Assembly: GCA_964346755.1 (NCBI GenBank)
Contig: CAYFWJ010000004.1
Location: forward strand, 1-58,929
Origin: an uncultured Ectothiorhodospiraceae bacterium
GTDB lineage: Bacteria; Pseudomonadota; Gammaproteobacteria; CAYFWJ01
Reading direction: 5' to 3'
Length of the DNA stretch: 58,929 nucleotides
A program made the translations under genes and the position numbers. The notes under the pieces are model-generated. The model saw nothing but the letters and a program-made list of their open reading frames with translations, was not told the origin of the DNA and did no database searches. Shown here piece after piece: positions 1 through 11,332 of the stretch (position 1 is the first letter of the stretch; each line of letters begins with the position of its first letter).

Positions 1-104
1 GTTGGGCCCTCGAGTTCCGTAAGCGGGGTGGGGGGGATCCGGGGCGCCGGTGTTTGACAGCCGACCCCAGCGAGACCGACGGTCAGGACCGCGATCCCTG
101 CCAT
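1..104 (-). CDS. bamB: outer-membrane assembly lipoprotein BamB, N-terminal fragment (runs off the window)
   Basis: ATG at 104 opens MAGIAVLTVGLAGVGCQTPAP... with a lipobox-like LAGVGC, 50 nt after the yfgM-like stop. The position matches the conserved hisS-yfgM-bamB order. Only 34 codons are visible. Confidence 0.4.
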   Translation of the reverse strand, partial: MAGIAVLTVGLAGVGCQTPAPRIPPTPLTELEGP

Positions 105-154
105 GCGCCCGGGGCGGATCCAGCGGCGTGCGCTGCTGAGGCCGCGCTTGGGTC

Positions 155-916
155 TCAAGGCGTGTCGGACCCCGTGGGGCCGGGTTGGATCGGGAGTTCA
201 TCGCCGACCGCCGGGGCATCGGAGGTCTCGGTCGCCACCCTGCCCGTCCCGCTATCCGGGGCGCCACCCACGGCGGCGAGTTTCATGGACAGGAGCTGTG
301 GATTGCCGCTCGGGCGGGGCAGGCGCTGGGCCTGTCGGTAGGCCGTTCGGGCCGCCTCGAGCTCGCCCCGGGCGCGGTGGATGTCCCCCTTCAGCTCGGC
401 CACAAGCCCTTGCTGCGGGCGAGCGACTGGGGCGTCGAGCTGCTCCATCGCGCTGTCATAGGCCTCGACGGCGATGAACAGCCGGGCCAGGCGCAGACGG
501 GCCACTTCCTGCAGCGAGGGGATCGCCGCGTTGTCCACGACCCAGGTGAGTTGGGCCGCCGCCTCGCCGGGGTTGTCCTGTTCCAGATGGGCCCGGGCCA
601 TCAAGAGGCTCGTTAGGCTTGCGTAGGGGGTATCGCCGAAGGCCTCACGCATCGGTTCACCGCGATCCACGACTTGCGCCCAGTTGCCTTGATTCGCGAC
701 CTGAAGCACCGCGTTGTAGCGGATCGATGCGTTCTCGGCGCGGGTCACTTGGCGCTGTTCCCAGAGCTGCCAGCCCACCAAGCCTGCGATGCCCAGGGCG
801 ACACCGATGACGATGGCCTGGCCGTTTTCCTGCCACCATCGTTTGACTTGCGTCGCCCGGTCGGTTTCATGCTCGAAGCTGTCGTCTACCATCCTGTCTT
901 CACTCGTCGGGTTCAA
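155..916 (-). CDS. yfgM: YfgM-like membrane-anchored TPR-like protein (ancillary SecYEG translocon subunit family)
   Basis: N-terminus has ...QVKRWWQENGQAIVIGVALGIAGLVGW, a single TM helix, followed by a TPR-like helical domain. It lies directly downstream of hisS, as in many gammaproteobacteria. Confidence 0.7.
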   Translation of the reverse strand: MNPTSEDRMVDDSFEHETDRATQVKRWWQENGQAIVIGVALGIAGLVGWQLWEQRQVTRAENASIRYNAVLQVANQGNWAQVVDRGEPMREAFGDTPYASLTSLLMARAHLEQDNPGEAAAQLTWVVDNAAIPSLQEVARLRLARLFIAVEAYDSAMEQLDAPVARPQQGLVAELKGDIHRARGELEAARTAYRQAQRLPRPSGNPQLLSMKLAAVGGAPDSGTGRVATETSDAPAVGDELPIQPGPTGSDTP

Positions 917-946
917 TCGGGGCGGAGGCGCGGGCGGCCGGCGCGG

Positions 947-2227
947 CTAGCGACCAAAGAGCCCGCGGAGGCGTTCGGCGAGATGGCTTTGCGGGAGCGT
1001 CTCCTGCTCCGCCTCGACGCTGCCGCGCAGGTGCTTGAGTGCGATGGTCTCTTCCCGCACTTCGCGCTCGCCGAGGATCAGGGCAACGCGGGCCCCGGCC
1101 CGGTCCGCCTTTTTCAGTTGGTTCTTCAGACTGCCGCCGCCGCAGTTAACCATCAGGCGCAGGTTCGGGACCCCATCCCGAACCTGCTCCGCCAGGGGCC
1201 AGCCCACCCGTTCGGCGGCCTCGCCTACCATGATCAGATAGGCGTCGTTGGTTTGCACCGGGAGTGCGGGCCCATTATCCCGAATCAGGGCGATGATGCG
1301 CTCCAACCCCATGGCGAAACCGGCGGCCGGGGTGGCGTGTCCGCCCAGTTGGCTGACCAAGCCGTCGTAACGGCCGCCGGCACAGACGGTCCCTTGAGCC
1401 CCGAGGTTATCGCTGATCCATTCGAAGACGGTCTTGGTGTAGTAATCGAGCCCGCGAACCAGGCGGGGGTTCACCGTGTAGCGAACCCCGACCTCGTCGA
1501 GCAGGGCCTTGAGGCCCTCGAAATGGGTCCGGGATTCGTCGTCCAGGTGATCGAGCAGGCTCGGGGCATTGGCGATGAGCTCCGCGAGCTCCGGATTCTT
1601 GCTGTCCAGGATGCGCAGCGGATTGGTCTCGAGCCGACGCTGGCTGTCGGCGTCAAGGGAGTCGGCGTGGTCGCGAAAGTAGCGTGTCAGTTCTTCGCGG
1701 TAGGCCTGTCGGGCCTCGGGCGTCCCGAGGCTGTTGATCTCGAGACGAATATTGGTCAAGCCTAGACGCGGCCACAGGCGAGCCACCATCAGGATTTGTT
1801 CGGCATCCACGTCCGGGCCCTCCAGTCCGAAGGCCTCGATGCCCCACTGGTGGAATTGCCGATAGCGCCCCTTTTGGGGCCGCTCATGGCGGAACATGGG
1901 ACCCAGGTACCATAGCCGGTGGACCTGGTTGCCCATCAAACCGTGCTGGATCCCGGCGCGGACGACGCTTGCCGTCCCTTCGGGGCGCAAACTGAGGCGT
2001 TCGCCGTTACGGTCCTCGAAGGAATACATCTCCTTCTCGACGATGTCGGTCACCTCGCCGATGGAGCGCTTAAAGAGGGCCGTCTGTTCGATGAGGGGGG
2101 TTCGAATCTCCCGGTAGCCGTACCCGTTGACGAGTTCCTTCAGGTGGTCTTCAAGGAACTGCCAGATCTCCAGGTCGTCGGGCAAGAGATCGTGCATCCC
2201 GCGGATGGATTGGATGGCAGAGGCCAT
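947..2227 (-). CDS. hisS: histidine--tRNA ligase
   Basis: Translation [16 protein letters not shown]...[14 protein letters not shown]...[13 protein letters not shown]...GGRYDGL is a class II HisRS signature. The track ORF extends to 2284, but the ATG at 2227 gives the canonical N-terminus. Confidence 0.95.
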   Translation of the reverse strand: MASAIQSIRGMHDLLPDDLEIWQFLEDHLKELVNGYGYREIRTPLIEQTALFKRSIGEVTDIVEKEMYSFEDRNGERLSLRPEGTASVVRAGIQHGLMGNQVHRLWYLGPMFRHERPQKGRYRQFHQWGIEAFGLEGPDVDAEQILMVARLWPRLGLTNIRLEINSLGTPEARQAYREELTRYFRDHADSLDADSQRRLETNPLRILDSKNPELAELIANAPSLLDHLDDESRTHFEGLKALLDEVGVRYTVNPRLVRGLDYYTKTVFEWISDNLGAQGTVCAGGRYDGLVSQLGGHATPAAGFAMGLERIIALIRDNGPALPVQTNDAYLIMVGEAAERVGWPLAEQVRDGVPNLRLMVNCGGGSLKNQLKKADRAGARVALILGEREVREETIALKHLRGSVEAEQETLPQSHLAERLRGLFGR

Positions 2228-2280
2228 GAGTTGGCTCGCTTGATCAAAATCGTGGGTGGCGCGATCGTACCCGACTGGGC

Positions 2281-3246
2281 TCAACGCTCGCCGGACTCGA
2301 GGTCCAGTCCCTCGAGTTTCTGAGCGGCCTCGGAATCCGGGAATTCGCTGCGCAGTTGCAGGGCGTAGTTGCGTGCCGCGTCGAGATCCCCTAGGGCGCG
2401 CTCGGCTTCAATCCCGAGCCACAGGGTCTCCGGCGTATGGGGGCTAACCGCGGCGTAGCGCTCCAGATAGGCGCGACAGCGGAGCGGAGCGGATTGGTCG
2501 CAGCTTAGCCGGGCCATCTCGTAGAGCGCCTGGGGGAACTCCGGATTGGCCTCCAGGGCCCGGCGGAAGTGGCGTTCCGCTTTGTCCATGTCGGGGATCC
2601 GTCGAGCACACAGACCGGCGTTGTAATAGGCGAATTCCGCCTCGTAATCCGGGCTTTTGGCACTGATCCGAAACTGCTCGTCCGCCGCTTGGTATCGACC
2701 TTGATCGCACAAGACGTGCCCATAGGCATTGTGAGCCTCAGGGAAATCGCCTTCGAGCTCGAGGGCTCGTTTGAGAGCGGTCTCGGCCTTGTTCAGCTCG
2801 CCGAGTCGCCGATCAATCAAGCCTTCGACCAGGTAGGTCCGCGGCAATTCGGCATAGGCGGATTTGGCGGATTCGATGGCCTTGAGGGCCCGTTCCAGCC
2901 GACCCGTGTTGAGATCCCGGCGGGCCTGTTCCACGTAGGTGGCCGCGACGATCTGACTGGCGGCCTCAAGGCTCGAATCGAGCTCAAGGGCCCGCTGCGC
3001 CTTTTTTCGAGCCAGCTGGAGGTTGCCCTGCTGATAATAGCGGGTCGCGAGTTCCTCGTTGAGCTCCGCGGCCTTTTTCGGATCCCGCGGGTCGAGCCCC
3101 GGATCCCGCGAGGTGGCGCAACCGGCGATCAGCACGCCGAGTAGCAGCATCAGGCACGTCAAGGCCCCGGCCGGACCGGATGGCATGCGGGGTCGGTCCG
3201 GGGAACCCGGCCCGACCGTGGCCGGGTCGAGCGAGGACAGCCTCAT
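2281..3246 (-). CDS. pilW: TPR-repeat lipoprotein, type IV pilus biogenesis/stability protein PilW (PilF)-like
   Basis: Signal and lipobox [13 protein letters not shown] are followed by repeated TPR helices ([21 protein letters not shown]...). The ATG at 3246 overlaps the rlmN stop (ATGA). An alternative start at 3186 sits right before the signal peptide. The rlmN-pilW synteny is conserved. Confidence 0.75.
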   Translation of the reverse strand: MRLSSLDPATVGPGSPDRPRMPSGPAGALTCLMLLLGVLIAGCATSRDPGLDPRDPKKAAELNEELATRYYQQGNLQLARKKAQRALELDSSLEAASQIVAATYVEQARRDLNTGRLERALKAIESAKSAYAELPRTYLVEGLIDRRLGELNKAETALKRALELEGDFPEAHNAYGHVLCDQGRYQAADEQFRISAKSPDYEAEFAYYNAGLCARRIPDMDKAERHFRRALEANPEFPQALYEMARLSCDQSAPLRCRAYLERYAAVSPHTPETLWLGIEAERALGDLDAARNYALQLRSEFPDSEAAQKLEGLDLESGER

Positions 3247-4400
3247 GGGCCGACCTCCGAGGAGGCCGCCGGGCGGTGAGTGGCCGGCCCGCCGGTGGCG
3301 GGGGCTGAGTCCGCGGGAAACAGGGCCGACCACCGCTGACGGCGGGTGCTGCGATCCTGGACCGCCCCGACAAGTTGTCCGCACGCCGCGTCGATATCGT
3401 CCCCTCGGGTGCGTCGAACGGTTGCCGTCAGGCCGGCCGCCAGGAGTCGCTCTTGGAAGCGCCCGATCCGCGCATCCGTCGAGCGTTCGAAGCCGGCCCC
3501 TGGGAAGGGATTGAACGGGATCAGGTTCAGCTTCAACGGGATGTCGGCCAGCCGATCGATCAGCCGGTCGGCGTGTTCGAGACGGTCGTTGATTTCATTC
3601 AATAAGACGTATTCGAAGGTGATGCGCTTGTGGGGTGCGCCCGTGACGAAACGCCGACAGGCCGGGAGCAGGGTCTCGAGGGGATACTTGCGATTGAGGG
3701 GCACCAGGAAATCGCGAAGTGCGTTGTCCGGTGCGTGCAGGGAAATGGCCAGACTCACGTCGGCGTGATCCTGCAATCGGTCGATGGCGGGTACGACCCC
3801 GGCGGTGCTGATGGTGACCCGCCGCTTGCCGAGCCCATAGCCAAGATCGTCCATCATGATTCGGGCGGCGCGGGTGACGGGGTCGACGTTGTATAACGGC
3901 TCCCCCATGCCCATGAACACCACATTGGTGACGCGGCGTCCCGGAACCCCCTCGTCTTCCAGGGCGTGGGCGGCGATGAAGATCTGGCCGACGATCTCGG
4001 CGACGGTCAGGTTGCGGCTGAACCCTTGGCGCGCGGTTGCGCAGAACCGACAATTCAAGGTGCATCCCACCTGGGAGGAGACGCACAACGTGCCGCGATC
4101 CGGTTCCGGGATGAACACGGTCTCGATCTGGTTGCCGTCTGCCAGCTCCAGCACCCACTTGCGGGTCCCGTCCGCCGAACGACCCTCCCAGGCGATGTCC
4201 GGCGGGCGGATCTCCGCCTCTTCGGTCAGACGCGTACGCAGGGCCTTGGCGAGGTCGGTCATATCCGCAAAATCCCGACGCCCGCGGTGATGCACCCACT
4301 TCATCACTTGGCGCGCGCGAAACGGACGTTCCCCGCGTTGGGTGAAGAAGTCGACGAGTTGCGGTTGGTCAAGATCCAACAGGTTGGTCTTGGCGCTCAT
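3243..4400 (-). CDS. rlmN: 23S rRNA/tRNA adenine-C2 methyltransferase RlmN (radical SAM)
   Basis: Has the CVSSQVGCTLNCRFCAT radical-SAM cysteine motif, MGMGEPL, and C-terminal GDDIDAACGQL. Confidence 0.95.
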   Translation of the reverse strand: MSAKTNLLDLDQPQLVDFFTQRGERPFRARQVMKWVHHRGRRDFADMTDLAKALRTRLTEEAEIRPPDIAWEGRSADGTRKWVLELADGNQIETVFIPEPDRGTLCVSSQVGCTLNCRFCATARQGFSRNLTVAEIVGQIFIAAHALEDEGVPGRRVTNVVFMGMGEPLYNVDPVTRAARIMMDDLGYGLGKRRVTISTAGVVPAIDRLQDHADVSLAISLHAPDNALRDFLVPLNRKYPLETLLPACRRFVTGAPHKRITFEYVLLNEINDRLEHADRLIDRLADIPLKLNLIPFNPFPGAGFERSTDARIGRFQERLLAAGLTATVRRTRGDDIDAACGQLVGAVQDRSTRRQRWSALFPADSAPATGGPATHRPAASSEVGP

Positions 4401-4441
4401 ATCTTGGCGCTCATAGTTGACAGGCCCTGGCGGTTATGCGC

Positions 4442-4870
4442 TTAGTGACGCCCGTGGATGTCCTCGGGGGCGAAGAAGAACCCGATCTCCTGCGCGGCGG
4501 TTTCCGGGCTGTCCGAGCCGTGAACCGCATTGGCATCGATGCTTTCGGCGAAATCGGCGCGAATCGTGCCGGGGGCCGCCTCTTTGGGGTTTGTTGCGCC
4601 CATGATGGTCCGGTTCTTGGCGATGGCATCCTCGCCCTCCAAGACCTGGACCAGGACCGGGCCGGAGGTCATGAAGTTGACCAGGTCCCGGTAGAAGGGG
4701 CGCTCCTGGTGGACCGCGTAGAAGGCTTCGGCCTGTTCTTGGGTGAGACGGATCATACGGGCGGCGACGATCGCCAATCCGTTAGCCTCGAAGCGACTGT
4801 TGATGGCGCCGATCCGGTTCTTGGCGATCGCATCGGGCTTGATGATCGAGAGGGTGCGTTCCACGGGCAT
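4442..4870 (-). CDS. ndk: nucleoside-diphosphate kinase
   Basis: [18 protein letters not shown]...[18 protein letters not shown]...NAVHGSDS (active-site His) is a full-length NDK of 142 aa. Confidence 0.97.
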   Translation of the reverse strand: MPVERTLSIIKPDAIAKNRIGAINSRFEANGLAIVAARMIRLTQEQAEAFYAVHQERPFYRDLVNFMTSGPVLVQVLEGEDAIAKNRTIMGATNPKEAAPGTIRADFAESIDANAVHGSDSPETAAQEIGFFFAPEDIHGRH

Positions 4871-4944
4871 GGGGGATAATGACTCCGAATGACAGGACGA
4901 TTGACCGACGGTTAAGCCCCGAAATGGTACCTGGAGCGTCGTTA

Positions 4945-6303
4945 TTAGGAAAGCCTCGGTGGGGCGGCATCCGTTCCATTGAGCCAGTGTGAGGGCGGAC
5001 CGTGGCGGGCCAAGAGGGCCGCGCCGACGGCGGCCTCCCGCTGTTTCGCTGGGGTGACGGGCACCCCAAGTGCCCGTGCGCGCAAGGCCGTCCAGGCGGG
5101 ATTATCGGCCCCGCCACCGACGGTGTGTACCGCCGCCAAGGTCGTCTCGCCCAAGGCTTGTAACCGGGCGTAGCCGGAGGCCTCGATTGTCGCCATCCCT
5201 TCGAGCAGGCCGTGGAGGAAGGCGACGCGATCGGCCGGGCGCGGCTCGAGCCGGGGCGCAAGCTCCGGGTCGGCCACCGGGAAGCGCTCGCCCGGTTCGT
5301 TCAGGGGGTAATAATCCAAGCCGGAGGATCGCTCGGGATCGATCGACGCGGATAGCGTTGTCAGCTCGTCCCGCGTGAAGAAGCGTTGCAGTACCCCGCC
5401 GCCGCTGTTCGAGGCCCCCCCGGTGATCCACAACGGACCCACCCGATGGCTATAGACACCGCTTGCGGCCTCGAAGGCCGGTTCGGGTGTGAGGAGCTTC
5501 ACGACCAGTGTGGTTCCCAGCGAGGTCATGCCGTCCCCGGGCTGACGACACCCCGTGGCGAGGAAGGCCGCAGTGGAGTCGGTCGTCCCCGCCACCACCG
5601 TCGGGCGGTCCGGCCAACCGAGGGCAGTGACCCAGCGGGTGGCCATCGGCCCGAGCGGGGTGCCGGGCTCGACCACGGTGACCAGACGGTCGCCGGTGAT
5701 GCCGAGGGATCGCAACCAGCTCGGCCAGCGGCGGGCAACTGGGTCATAGCCCAGTTTGAGCGCGTTATTCTCATCCATGCGATCGAAGCGCCCGATCAAA
5801 CGCCCGGTCAGCCAGTCCGCCGGATGCAGGGGACGAAGCCCATCGTTCGCCCCGGGGGCAAAATAACCCAGCCACTTCGCCAGACTGGAGGTCACCCCCC
5901 GCGCAGCCGTCTCTTCGGGCGCCGCCGCCGCGATTCGCGCAGCGGCTTCCGGTGCCCCGCGATCGTTATAGAGCGCGGCCGGTCCCTCGGCGTGCCCTTC
6001 CGGGTCACAGGCCAGCACGGAACCCGAGGTCCCGTCGATGGCCAGTCGCCGCACGGGATGCCCCTGTAGGCGCGGCGTCAGGGCAACCAGGACCGCCCAA
6101 AGGGCTTGCCACCAGATCTCGGGATCTTGACGGACCTCCGAGCCATTCATGATGGGCGCCGGCATCCGGGTCTCGGCCCAGGCGAACGGGGTGCCCTCGT
6201 CGTCCAAGGCGACCGCCCGGGCCCCGGAGGTGCCCACGTCGATGCCGACGACCACGCCGTTCGGATCCGGCGTGGTGTTGTGCACCGCGGCAGGGGGCGT
6301 CAT
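4945..6303 (-). CDS. FGGY-family carbohydrate kinase (substrate unknown)
   Basis: [16 protein letters not shown] is the N-terminal ATPase phosphate-1 motif, with GTTDSTAAF and [10 protein letters not shown]-terminal motifs. The ATG at 6303 overlaps the queF stop (ATGA). The longer track ORF reaching 6591 runs through queF and is not credible. Confidence 0.85.
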   Translation of the reverse strand: MTPPAAVHNTTPDPNGVVVGIDVGTSGARAVALDDEGTPFAWAETRMPAPIMNGSEVRQDPEIWWQALWAVLVALTPRLQGHPVRRLAIDGTSGSVLACDPEGHAEGPAALYNDRGAPEAAARIAAAAPEETAARGVTSSLAKWLGYFAPGANDGLRPLHPADWLTGRLIGRFDRMDENNALKLGYDPVARRWPSWLRSLGITGDRLVTVVEPGTPLGPMATRWVTALGWPDRPTVVAGTTDSTAAFLATGCRQPGDGMTSLGTTLVVKLLTPEPAFEAASGVYSHRVGPLWITGGASNSGGGVLQRFFTRDELTTLSASIDPERSSGLDYYPLNEPGERFPVADPELAPRLEPRPADRVAFLHGLLEGMATIEASGYARLQALGETTLAAVHTVGGGADNPAWTALRARALGVPVTPAKQREAAVGAALLARHGPPSHWLNGTDAAPPRLS

Positions 6304-6689
6304 GGCAGTTCCACCCGAGTGGCCGGGGTCCAGTCGGGTTGGCGCTGTTCGACGACTACCTGAGTATCGATCCCGCCGCGCACGTTCCAATCCGCAGTGA
6401 TCCGCAGGAAGCGCGGGGCCGTTGCGGTCCAGAGGTCCTCGAGCACCCGGTTGGTCATGGCCTCGTGAAAGCCGCCCTCGTCGCGAAATGACCAGATATA
6501 GAGCTTCAGGGATTTGAGCTCGACACACTGGCTGTCCGGGACGTACGCCATATTCAATACCGCGAAGTCCGGTTGGCCCGTCTTGGGGCACAAGCAGGTG
6601 AATTCCGGTATCCGAAAGCGGATGGTGTAATCCCGCTGGGGATACGGATTCGGGAAGGTCTCGAGCTGCCGGTTGGGTTGCGTGGCCAT
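6300..6689 (-). CDS. queF: NADPH-dependent 7-cyano-7-deazaguanine (preQ0) reductase, short type I QueF
   Basis: [43 protein letters not shown]...[13 protein letters not shown]... carries the catalytic Cys in the EFTCLCP context and the QueF motif. It is 129 aa. The upstream extension of the track ORF has no coding character. Confidence 0.93.
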   Translation of the reverse strand: MATQPNRQLETFPNPYPQRDYTIRFRIPEFTCLCPKTGQPDFAVLNMAYVPDSQCVELKSLKLYIWSFRDEGGFHEAMTNRVLEDLWTATAPRFLRITADWNVRGGIDTQVVVEQRQPDWTPATRVELP

Positions 6690-7054
6690 ATTGCCTTTCA
6701 CTAGCGCGAGTGACTTGCTCGAACCCTTGGGTCGTGCCAGAACCAACGGGTGCCTGGGGGTCCGGCGATGCGATGGATGGGCCAAAAATAAACCGTCATC
6801 ATACCATGGAGCACGCGGGTTCGCTCGCCGATCGGGGCCTCGCCCGACGATGCCCGATTGTCCCCTCGGACCGGCGGGGTTACCATGCGTTGATTCAGAT
6901 AGCCGAATCGGTTCCCGGGCGACCGTTTCGGCGCTCATGAGCGCGCACCCCCTTAGGTTTCGGCGGGGTGAGTGCGCAGTGCAGTGCGGTCCGGAGGCCG
7001 GAGGCAGGAGGCAGGAACGGACGCCCTGCGACCGAGGCGTAATACGGGGCAAAA

Positions 7055-7816
7055 ATGATCTGGGACTGGCTCATCCTTGGTGTTTCCCTGATGGTGGCGA
7101 TCGCCGTCTATATCTGGCGACGTCGGCGCATCGCGCGCGATCAGGCGCAGCTTGAGGCCGAATCGGAGCTGGACCTCGAGTCCGTCTCCGGGATTCGTCC
7201 TCAGGCGAATCAAGACCTACCGCTCGAGGATTCGCCGTTCGCCCCGGTGGTCTCCGAGCCCGAGCCGGCTCCCTCGGCGGTCGATGAATCGAATTGGGCC
7301 GGGTCGACGGATGCCGCCGCCTCGGTCCAGAACCTGGATGGCTGGGTGCCGGCCGGCGAAGCGATCCCCGCCTCGGGGACGCGCCGTAACCCCCTAGGCG
7401 CTGAATCGGAGCCGGAAACGGTCTTCGTCGTGCAGCTGCTTGCGAACGACGGCGCCGGATTCGCCGGGCCCGAGTTGGCCCGATTGATGGCGGAGCTTGA
7501 ATTCGACTACGTCGAGCCGGGGGTCTTTCAGTACACGGTTCGCGGGGAACCGGTCTTTCGCCTGGCCAATCTGCTCGAGCCCGGAGTGTTTCCTGACGCC
7601 GAGTTGCGGGACTTCAGCTCCCCCGGGATTGCACTCATCCTCCAACTCCCCGGGCCCGAACCCGGCAGTGTGGCGCTTGAGGAATTCCTATTGACGGCCC
7701 ATGAATTGTCCAAGGCCCTTGGGGCGTGGTTGGCCGATGAGCGGCGGCGGCCTCTCACCCAGGCGGCCTTGGAGGCCATGCAAGCCGAGGCCTCGCATTA
7801 TCCCCCGGCGCGATGA
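7055..7816 (+). CDS. zipA: cell division protein ZipA-like
   Basis: N-terminal TM anchor [21 protein letters not shown] and a charged, P/E-rich linker. The C-terminal domain [19 protein letters not shown]...[14 protein letters not shown]...[10 protein letters not shown] follows the ZipA FtsZ-binding domain pattern. Confidence 0.7.
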   Translation: MIWDWLILGVSLMVAIAVYIWRRRRIARDQAQLEAESELDLESVSGIRPQANQDLPLEDSPFAPVVSEPEPAPSAVDESNWAGSTDAAASVQNLDGWVPAGEAIPASGTRRNPLGAESEPETVFVVQLLANDGAGFAGPELARLMAELEFDYVEPGVFQYTVRGEPVFRLANLLEPGVFPDAELRDFSSPGIALILQLPGPEPGSVALEEFLLTAHELSKALGAWLADERRRPLTQAALEAMQAEASHYPPAR

Positions 7817-7912
7817 ACCGACATGGGTGGGTTTGGGGACCGAGGCCAGTATTCGCTAAACTCCATCTGCACCAGCGGATGGCCTGGTCGCTTACGCGAC
7901 GGAGCTATGCCT

Positions 7913-8200
7913 ATGTCTATCAATGCTGAGGATGTCGACAAGATCGCGCACCTCGCCCGACTCGCCCTGGAACCCGACGGGGTGTCCCAGTACGCGGCGG
8001 ACCTCTCGAACATCCTGGACCTCGTCGCGCAGATCCAAGCCGTGGACACCGAGGATGTGGCGCCCCTGGCCCACCCCTTGGAGCTGACCCAGCGGCTGCG
8101 TCCCGACGACGTCACCGAGACCGATCAGCGGGCCCGTTTTCAAGCGATTGCCCCGTCGGTCGCGGCGGGTCTGTATCTCGTCCCCAAGGTCATCGAATAG
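7913..8200 (+). CDS. gatC: Asp/Glu-tRNA amidotransferase subunit C
   Basis: [19 protein letters not shown]...[12 protein letters not shown]...RPD, 95 aa, immediately upstream of gatA. The track start at 7823 adds a non-conserved extension. Confidence 0.93.
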   Translation: MSINAEDVDKIAHLARLALEPDGVSQYAADLSNILDLVAQIQAVDTEDVAPLAHPLELTQRLRPDDVTETDQRARFQAIAPSVAAGLYLVPKVIE

Positions 8201-8269
8201 AACCCCACCGCGCACCGGCGCGCCCGTGCGCCGCGTGTTGCGTTTTCCGCCGAGACGAGACGAAACCGC

Positions 8270-9724
8270 ATGCACGACCATACGCTTCGTGAGCTGAGCC
8301 GGCTCCTTCAAACGGGTCAAACCACGAGTGTCGACCTGACGCGCACCTTTCTCGAGCGGATTCGAGCCCGGGATCAGCAGCTCAACAGCTTCATCACCGT
8401 GACCGGGGATGCCGCGCTGGAGGCTGCCGAGGCGGCTGATGCGCGTTTGGCGCAAGGCGATGCGCCGCCCCTGACGGGTCTACCGGTCGCCCACAAGGAC
8501 ATCTTTTGCACCGATGGGGTCCGTACCAGCTGCGGCTCGCGGATGCTGGATAACTTTGTCGCCCCCTACGATGCCACCGTGGCCTCCCACCTGAAGGCCT
8601 CGGGGGCGATCCTGTTGGGGAAGACCAACATGGACGAGTTTGCGATGGGGTCCTCCAATGAGACGAGCTACTACGGGCCGGTGCGTAACCCCTGGGACCT
8701 GGAGCGTGTGCCGGGCGGGTCGTCGGGGGGATCCGCTGCGGCCGTGGCCGCGCGGTTGATCCCCGGCGCAACCGGGACGGACACCGGCGGCTCGATCCGC
8801 CAGCCCGCCGCCCTGTGCGGTGTGACGGGGCTCAAGCCGACGTACGGGCGGGTTTCTCGTTACGGGATGATCGCCTTCGCCTCCAGCCTCGATCAGGGCG
8901 GACCGATTGCGCGAACCGCGGAGGATTGCGCGATGCTGCTGCAGGCCATGGCTGGATTCGATCCGCAGGATTCCACGAGCGTCGAAGAATCGGTGCCGGA
9001 TTATCTCGCGGCCCTGGATCAGCCGCTCGACGGGCTGCGCATCGGGGTCCCGGCCGAGTACTTTGAGTCCGGGCTCGATGCCTCCGTCCGTGGGGTGATC
9101 GAGACTGCGCTGCAGACCTATGCCGCTCACGGGGCCGAGCTCAAGACCATCAACCTGCCGAATACGCATCTGGCTGTACCCGTATACTACGTGGTGGCGC
9201 CCGCCGAGTGCTCGTCGAACCTCTCCCGTTACGACGGCGTCCGTTTCGGGTATCGCTGCGAGGAGCCGCGTAACCTGGAGGATCTCTTCAAGCGAAGCCG
9301 GGGCGAGGGCTTCGGCGCGGAGGTCAAGCGGCGGATCATGGTCGGGACCTATGCGCTTTCCGCGGGTTATTACGATGCCTACTACGTCAAAGCCCAGCGG
9401 TTGCGACGCCTGATCCGCGATGATTTCCAGCGCGCCTTCGAGGAGGTGGACGTGATCGCCGGCCCGACCGCGCCGGCACCGGCCTTCCCAATCGGCTCGA
9501 AGCGCGATGACCCGGTCAGCATGTATCTCTCGGATATCTACACCATCGCCGTGAACCTGGCCGGATTACCCGGGTTGTCGCTGCCGGTGGGCGAGGTGGA
9601 GGGACTGCCGATCGGCTTGCAGTTGATCGGGCAGGCCTTTGACGAAGGGCGCCTCCTCGGGGTGGCCCACCAGTATCAGCAACGCACCGATTGGCATCGA
9701 CGCGTCCCGCCCGGGTTCGCCTGA
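8270..9724 (+). CDS. gatA: Asp/Glu-tRNA amidotransferase subunit A
   Basis: Amidase signature [13 protein letters not shown]...[13 protein letters not shown], 484 aa. Confidence 0.97.
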   Translation: MHDHTLRELSRLLQTGQTTSVDLTRTFLERIRARDQQLNSFITVTGDAALEAAEAADARLAQGDAPPLTGLPVAHKDIFCTDGVRTSCGSRMLDNFVAPYDATVASHLKASGAILLGKTNMDEFAMGSSNETSYYGPVRNPWDLERVPGGSSGGSAAAVAARLIPGATGTDTGGSIRQPAALCGVTGLKPTYGRVSRYGMIAFASSLDQGGPIARTAEDCAMLLQAMAGFDPQDSTSVEESVPDYLAALDQPLDGLRIGVPAEYFESGLDASVRGVIETALQTYAAHGAELKTINLPNTHLAVPVYYVVAPAECSSNLSRYDGVRFGYRCEEPRNLEDLFKRSRGEGFGAEVKRRIMVGTYALSAGYYDAYYVKAQRLRRLIRDDFQRAFEEVDVIAGPTAPAPAFPIGSKRDDPVSMYLSDIYTIAVNLAGLPGLSLPVGEVEGLPIGLQLIGQAFDEGRLLGVAHQYQQRTDWHRRVPPGFA

Positions 9725-9816
9725 GGGGGCGCTGAACGACTCCCGCTCCTGGCGTTCACCGGGTCTATTCGTGCCGAGGGATCGGCACACGCACGCGTAC
9801 TCATTCGAGGTCGGCT

Positions 9817-11265
9817 ATGCAATGGGATGTTGTTATCGGGCTGGAGATCCACGCTCAGCTCGCGACGAACACCAAGATCTTCTCCGGGGCCTCGACGGCC
9901 TATGGCGCGCCGCCCAATACCCAGGCCTGCGCCGTGGATCTCGGCCTGCCGGGGGTCTTGCCCGTGCTGAACGAGCGTGCCGTCGAGATGGCGGTCAAGC
10001 TCGGTTTGGCCCTCGGCTCCGAGATCGCGGGCGAGTCGGTATTCGCACGCAAGAATTACTTCTATCCCGATCTCCCGAAGGGCTACCAGATTAGCCAATA
10101 CGATCAACCGATCGTCCGGGGCGGGTCCTTGACCCTCGATACCCCGGACGGCAATCGCAAGACGATCGGCATTACTCGGGCTCACTTGGAAGAGGATGCC
10201 GGTAAGTCCTTGCACGAGGGTTTCCACGGCATGAGCGGGATCGACCTGAATCGGGCGGGGACCCCGTTGCTGGAGATCGTCTCGGAGCCGGATATGCGCT
10301 CGCCCGAAGAGGCGGTCGCCTACATGAAAAAGCTCCACGGACTCGTGCAGTATCTGGAGATTTGTGACGGCAACATGCAGGAGGGATCCTTTCGTTGCGA
10401 CGCGAACATCTCGTTGCGGCCGGACAGCCAATCGCCGTTCGGTGTGCGCAGCGAGATCAAGAATCTGAACTCCTTCCGATTCCTTGAGCGGGCCTTATTA
10501 TTCGAAATCGAGCGCCACCGAGAGATCCTCGAAGCCGGCGGAACGATCACTCAGGAGACCCGCCTATTCGATCCCGATAACGGCGAGACCCGGACGATGC
10601 GGACCAAGGAAGAGGCCGAGGATTACCGCTACTTCCCCGAGCCGGATCTCTTGCCGGTGGTCGTGGATCAGGCCCGGATCGAACGGGTCCGCGATGAACT
10701 TCCGGAGTTGCCGGAGGCTAAGCGCGCCCGGTTCATCGAGGACTATGGACTCACGGCCTATGATGCGGGCGTCCTGACCGGGAGCCGAGCCCTCGCCGAT
10801 TACTTCGAGGCCGTTGTCCAAGCGAGCGGCGGGGAAGCCAAGTTGAGCGCCAACTGGGTCATGGGCGATTTTTCAGCGGCCCTCAAGCGGGATGAGTCTG
10901 GCCCCAGCGAGGCACCTGTCCCGCCGGAAGGCCTCGGGAAGCTCGTCCAGCGCATCGCCGATAAGACGATCTCGGGATCCGCCGCCAAACAGGTGTTCGA
11001 AGCGCTCTGGGCGGGACAGGACACGGATCCGGATGCCCTCATCGATGCCCTGGGGTTGCGTCAAATCACGGATAGCGCCGCCCTGGAGGCGTGGGTCGAT
11101 CAGGTGATCGCCGACCACCCGGATCAGGTCGCCCAGTATCAGGCCGGTAAGGAGAAGCTCCTCGGATTCCTGGTCGGCAAGGTCATGAAGGCGTCCCAGG
11201 GCAAGGCGGCACCGGATCAGGTCAACGCCTTGCTACGCGCACGCTTGAATCCGGACGGGGGCTAA
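9817..11265 (+). CDS. gatB: Asp/Glu-tRNA amidotransferase subunit B
   Basis: [15 protein letters not shown]...[15 protein letters not shown]...[10 protein letters not shown] plus the C-terminal YqeY-like tail, 482 aa. Confidence 0.97.
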   Translation: MQWDVVIGLEIHAQLATNTKIFSGASTAYGAPPNTQACAVDLGLPGVLPVLNERAVEMAVKLGLALGSEIAGESVFARKNYFYPDLPKGYQISQYDQPIVRGGSLTLDTPDGNRKTIGITRAHLEEDAGKSLHEGFHGMSGIDLNRAGTPLLEIVSEPDMRSPEEAVAYMKKLHGLVQYLEICDGNMQEGSFRCDANISLRPDSQSPFGVRSEIKNLNSFRFLERALLFEIERHREILEAGGTITQETRLFDPDNGETRTMRTKEEAEDYRYFPEPDLLPVVVDQARIERVRDELPELPEAKRARFIEDYGLTAYDAGVLTGSRALADYFEAVVQASGGEAKLSANWVMGDFSAALKRDESGPSEAPVPPEGLGKLVQRIADKTISGSAAKQVFEALWAGQDTDPDALIDALGLRQITDSAALEAWVDQVIADHPDQVAQYQAGKEKLLGFLVGKVMKASQGKAAPDQVNALLRARLNPDGG

Positions 11266-11332
11266 TGTCGGCCGTCTCGCCGCACGCGGTGCCGAGCGCC
11301 CTAACGCGATCCCGATGTGACGGGTAACGACG

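Noticed and set aside
674-1765. Very long ORFs antisense to well-supported genes. Examples: 674-1765 opposite hisS, 18312-19556 opposite pgi, 21112-22362 opposite the lipoprotein gene, 24591-25826, 46454-47674 opposite secD, 49059-50318, and 52083-53582 opposite the GGDEF-EAL gene.
   Set aside because: Their translations are Arg/Gly/Pro/Asp-rich low-complexity strings with no motifs. The opposite strand carries unmistakable conserved proteins. Stop-poor antisense frames are expected in GC-rich DNA.
2095-2115. A GGTTCGAATC T-loop-like string suggesting a tRNA.
   Set aside because: It lies inside the hisS coding sequence, and no cloverleaf can be built around it.
6690-7054. A possible preQ1 riboswitch or other leader in the 365-bp spacer upstream of queF.
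   Set aside because: I could not find the small hairpin plus A-rich tail characteristic of preQ1-I or preQ1-II on the minus strand. This is unverified without a covariance-model scan.
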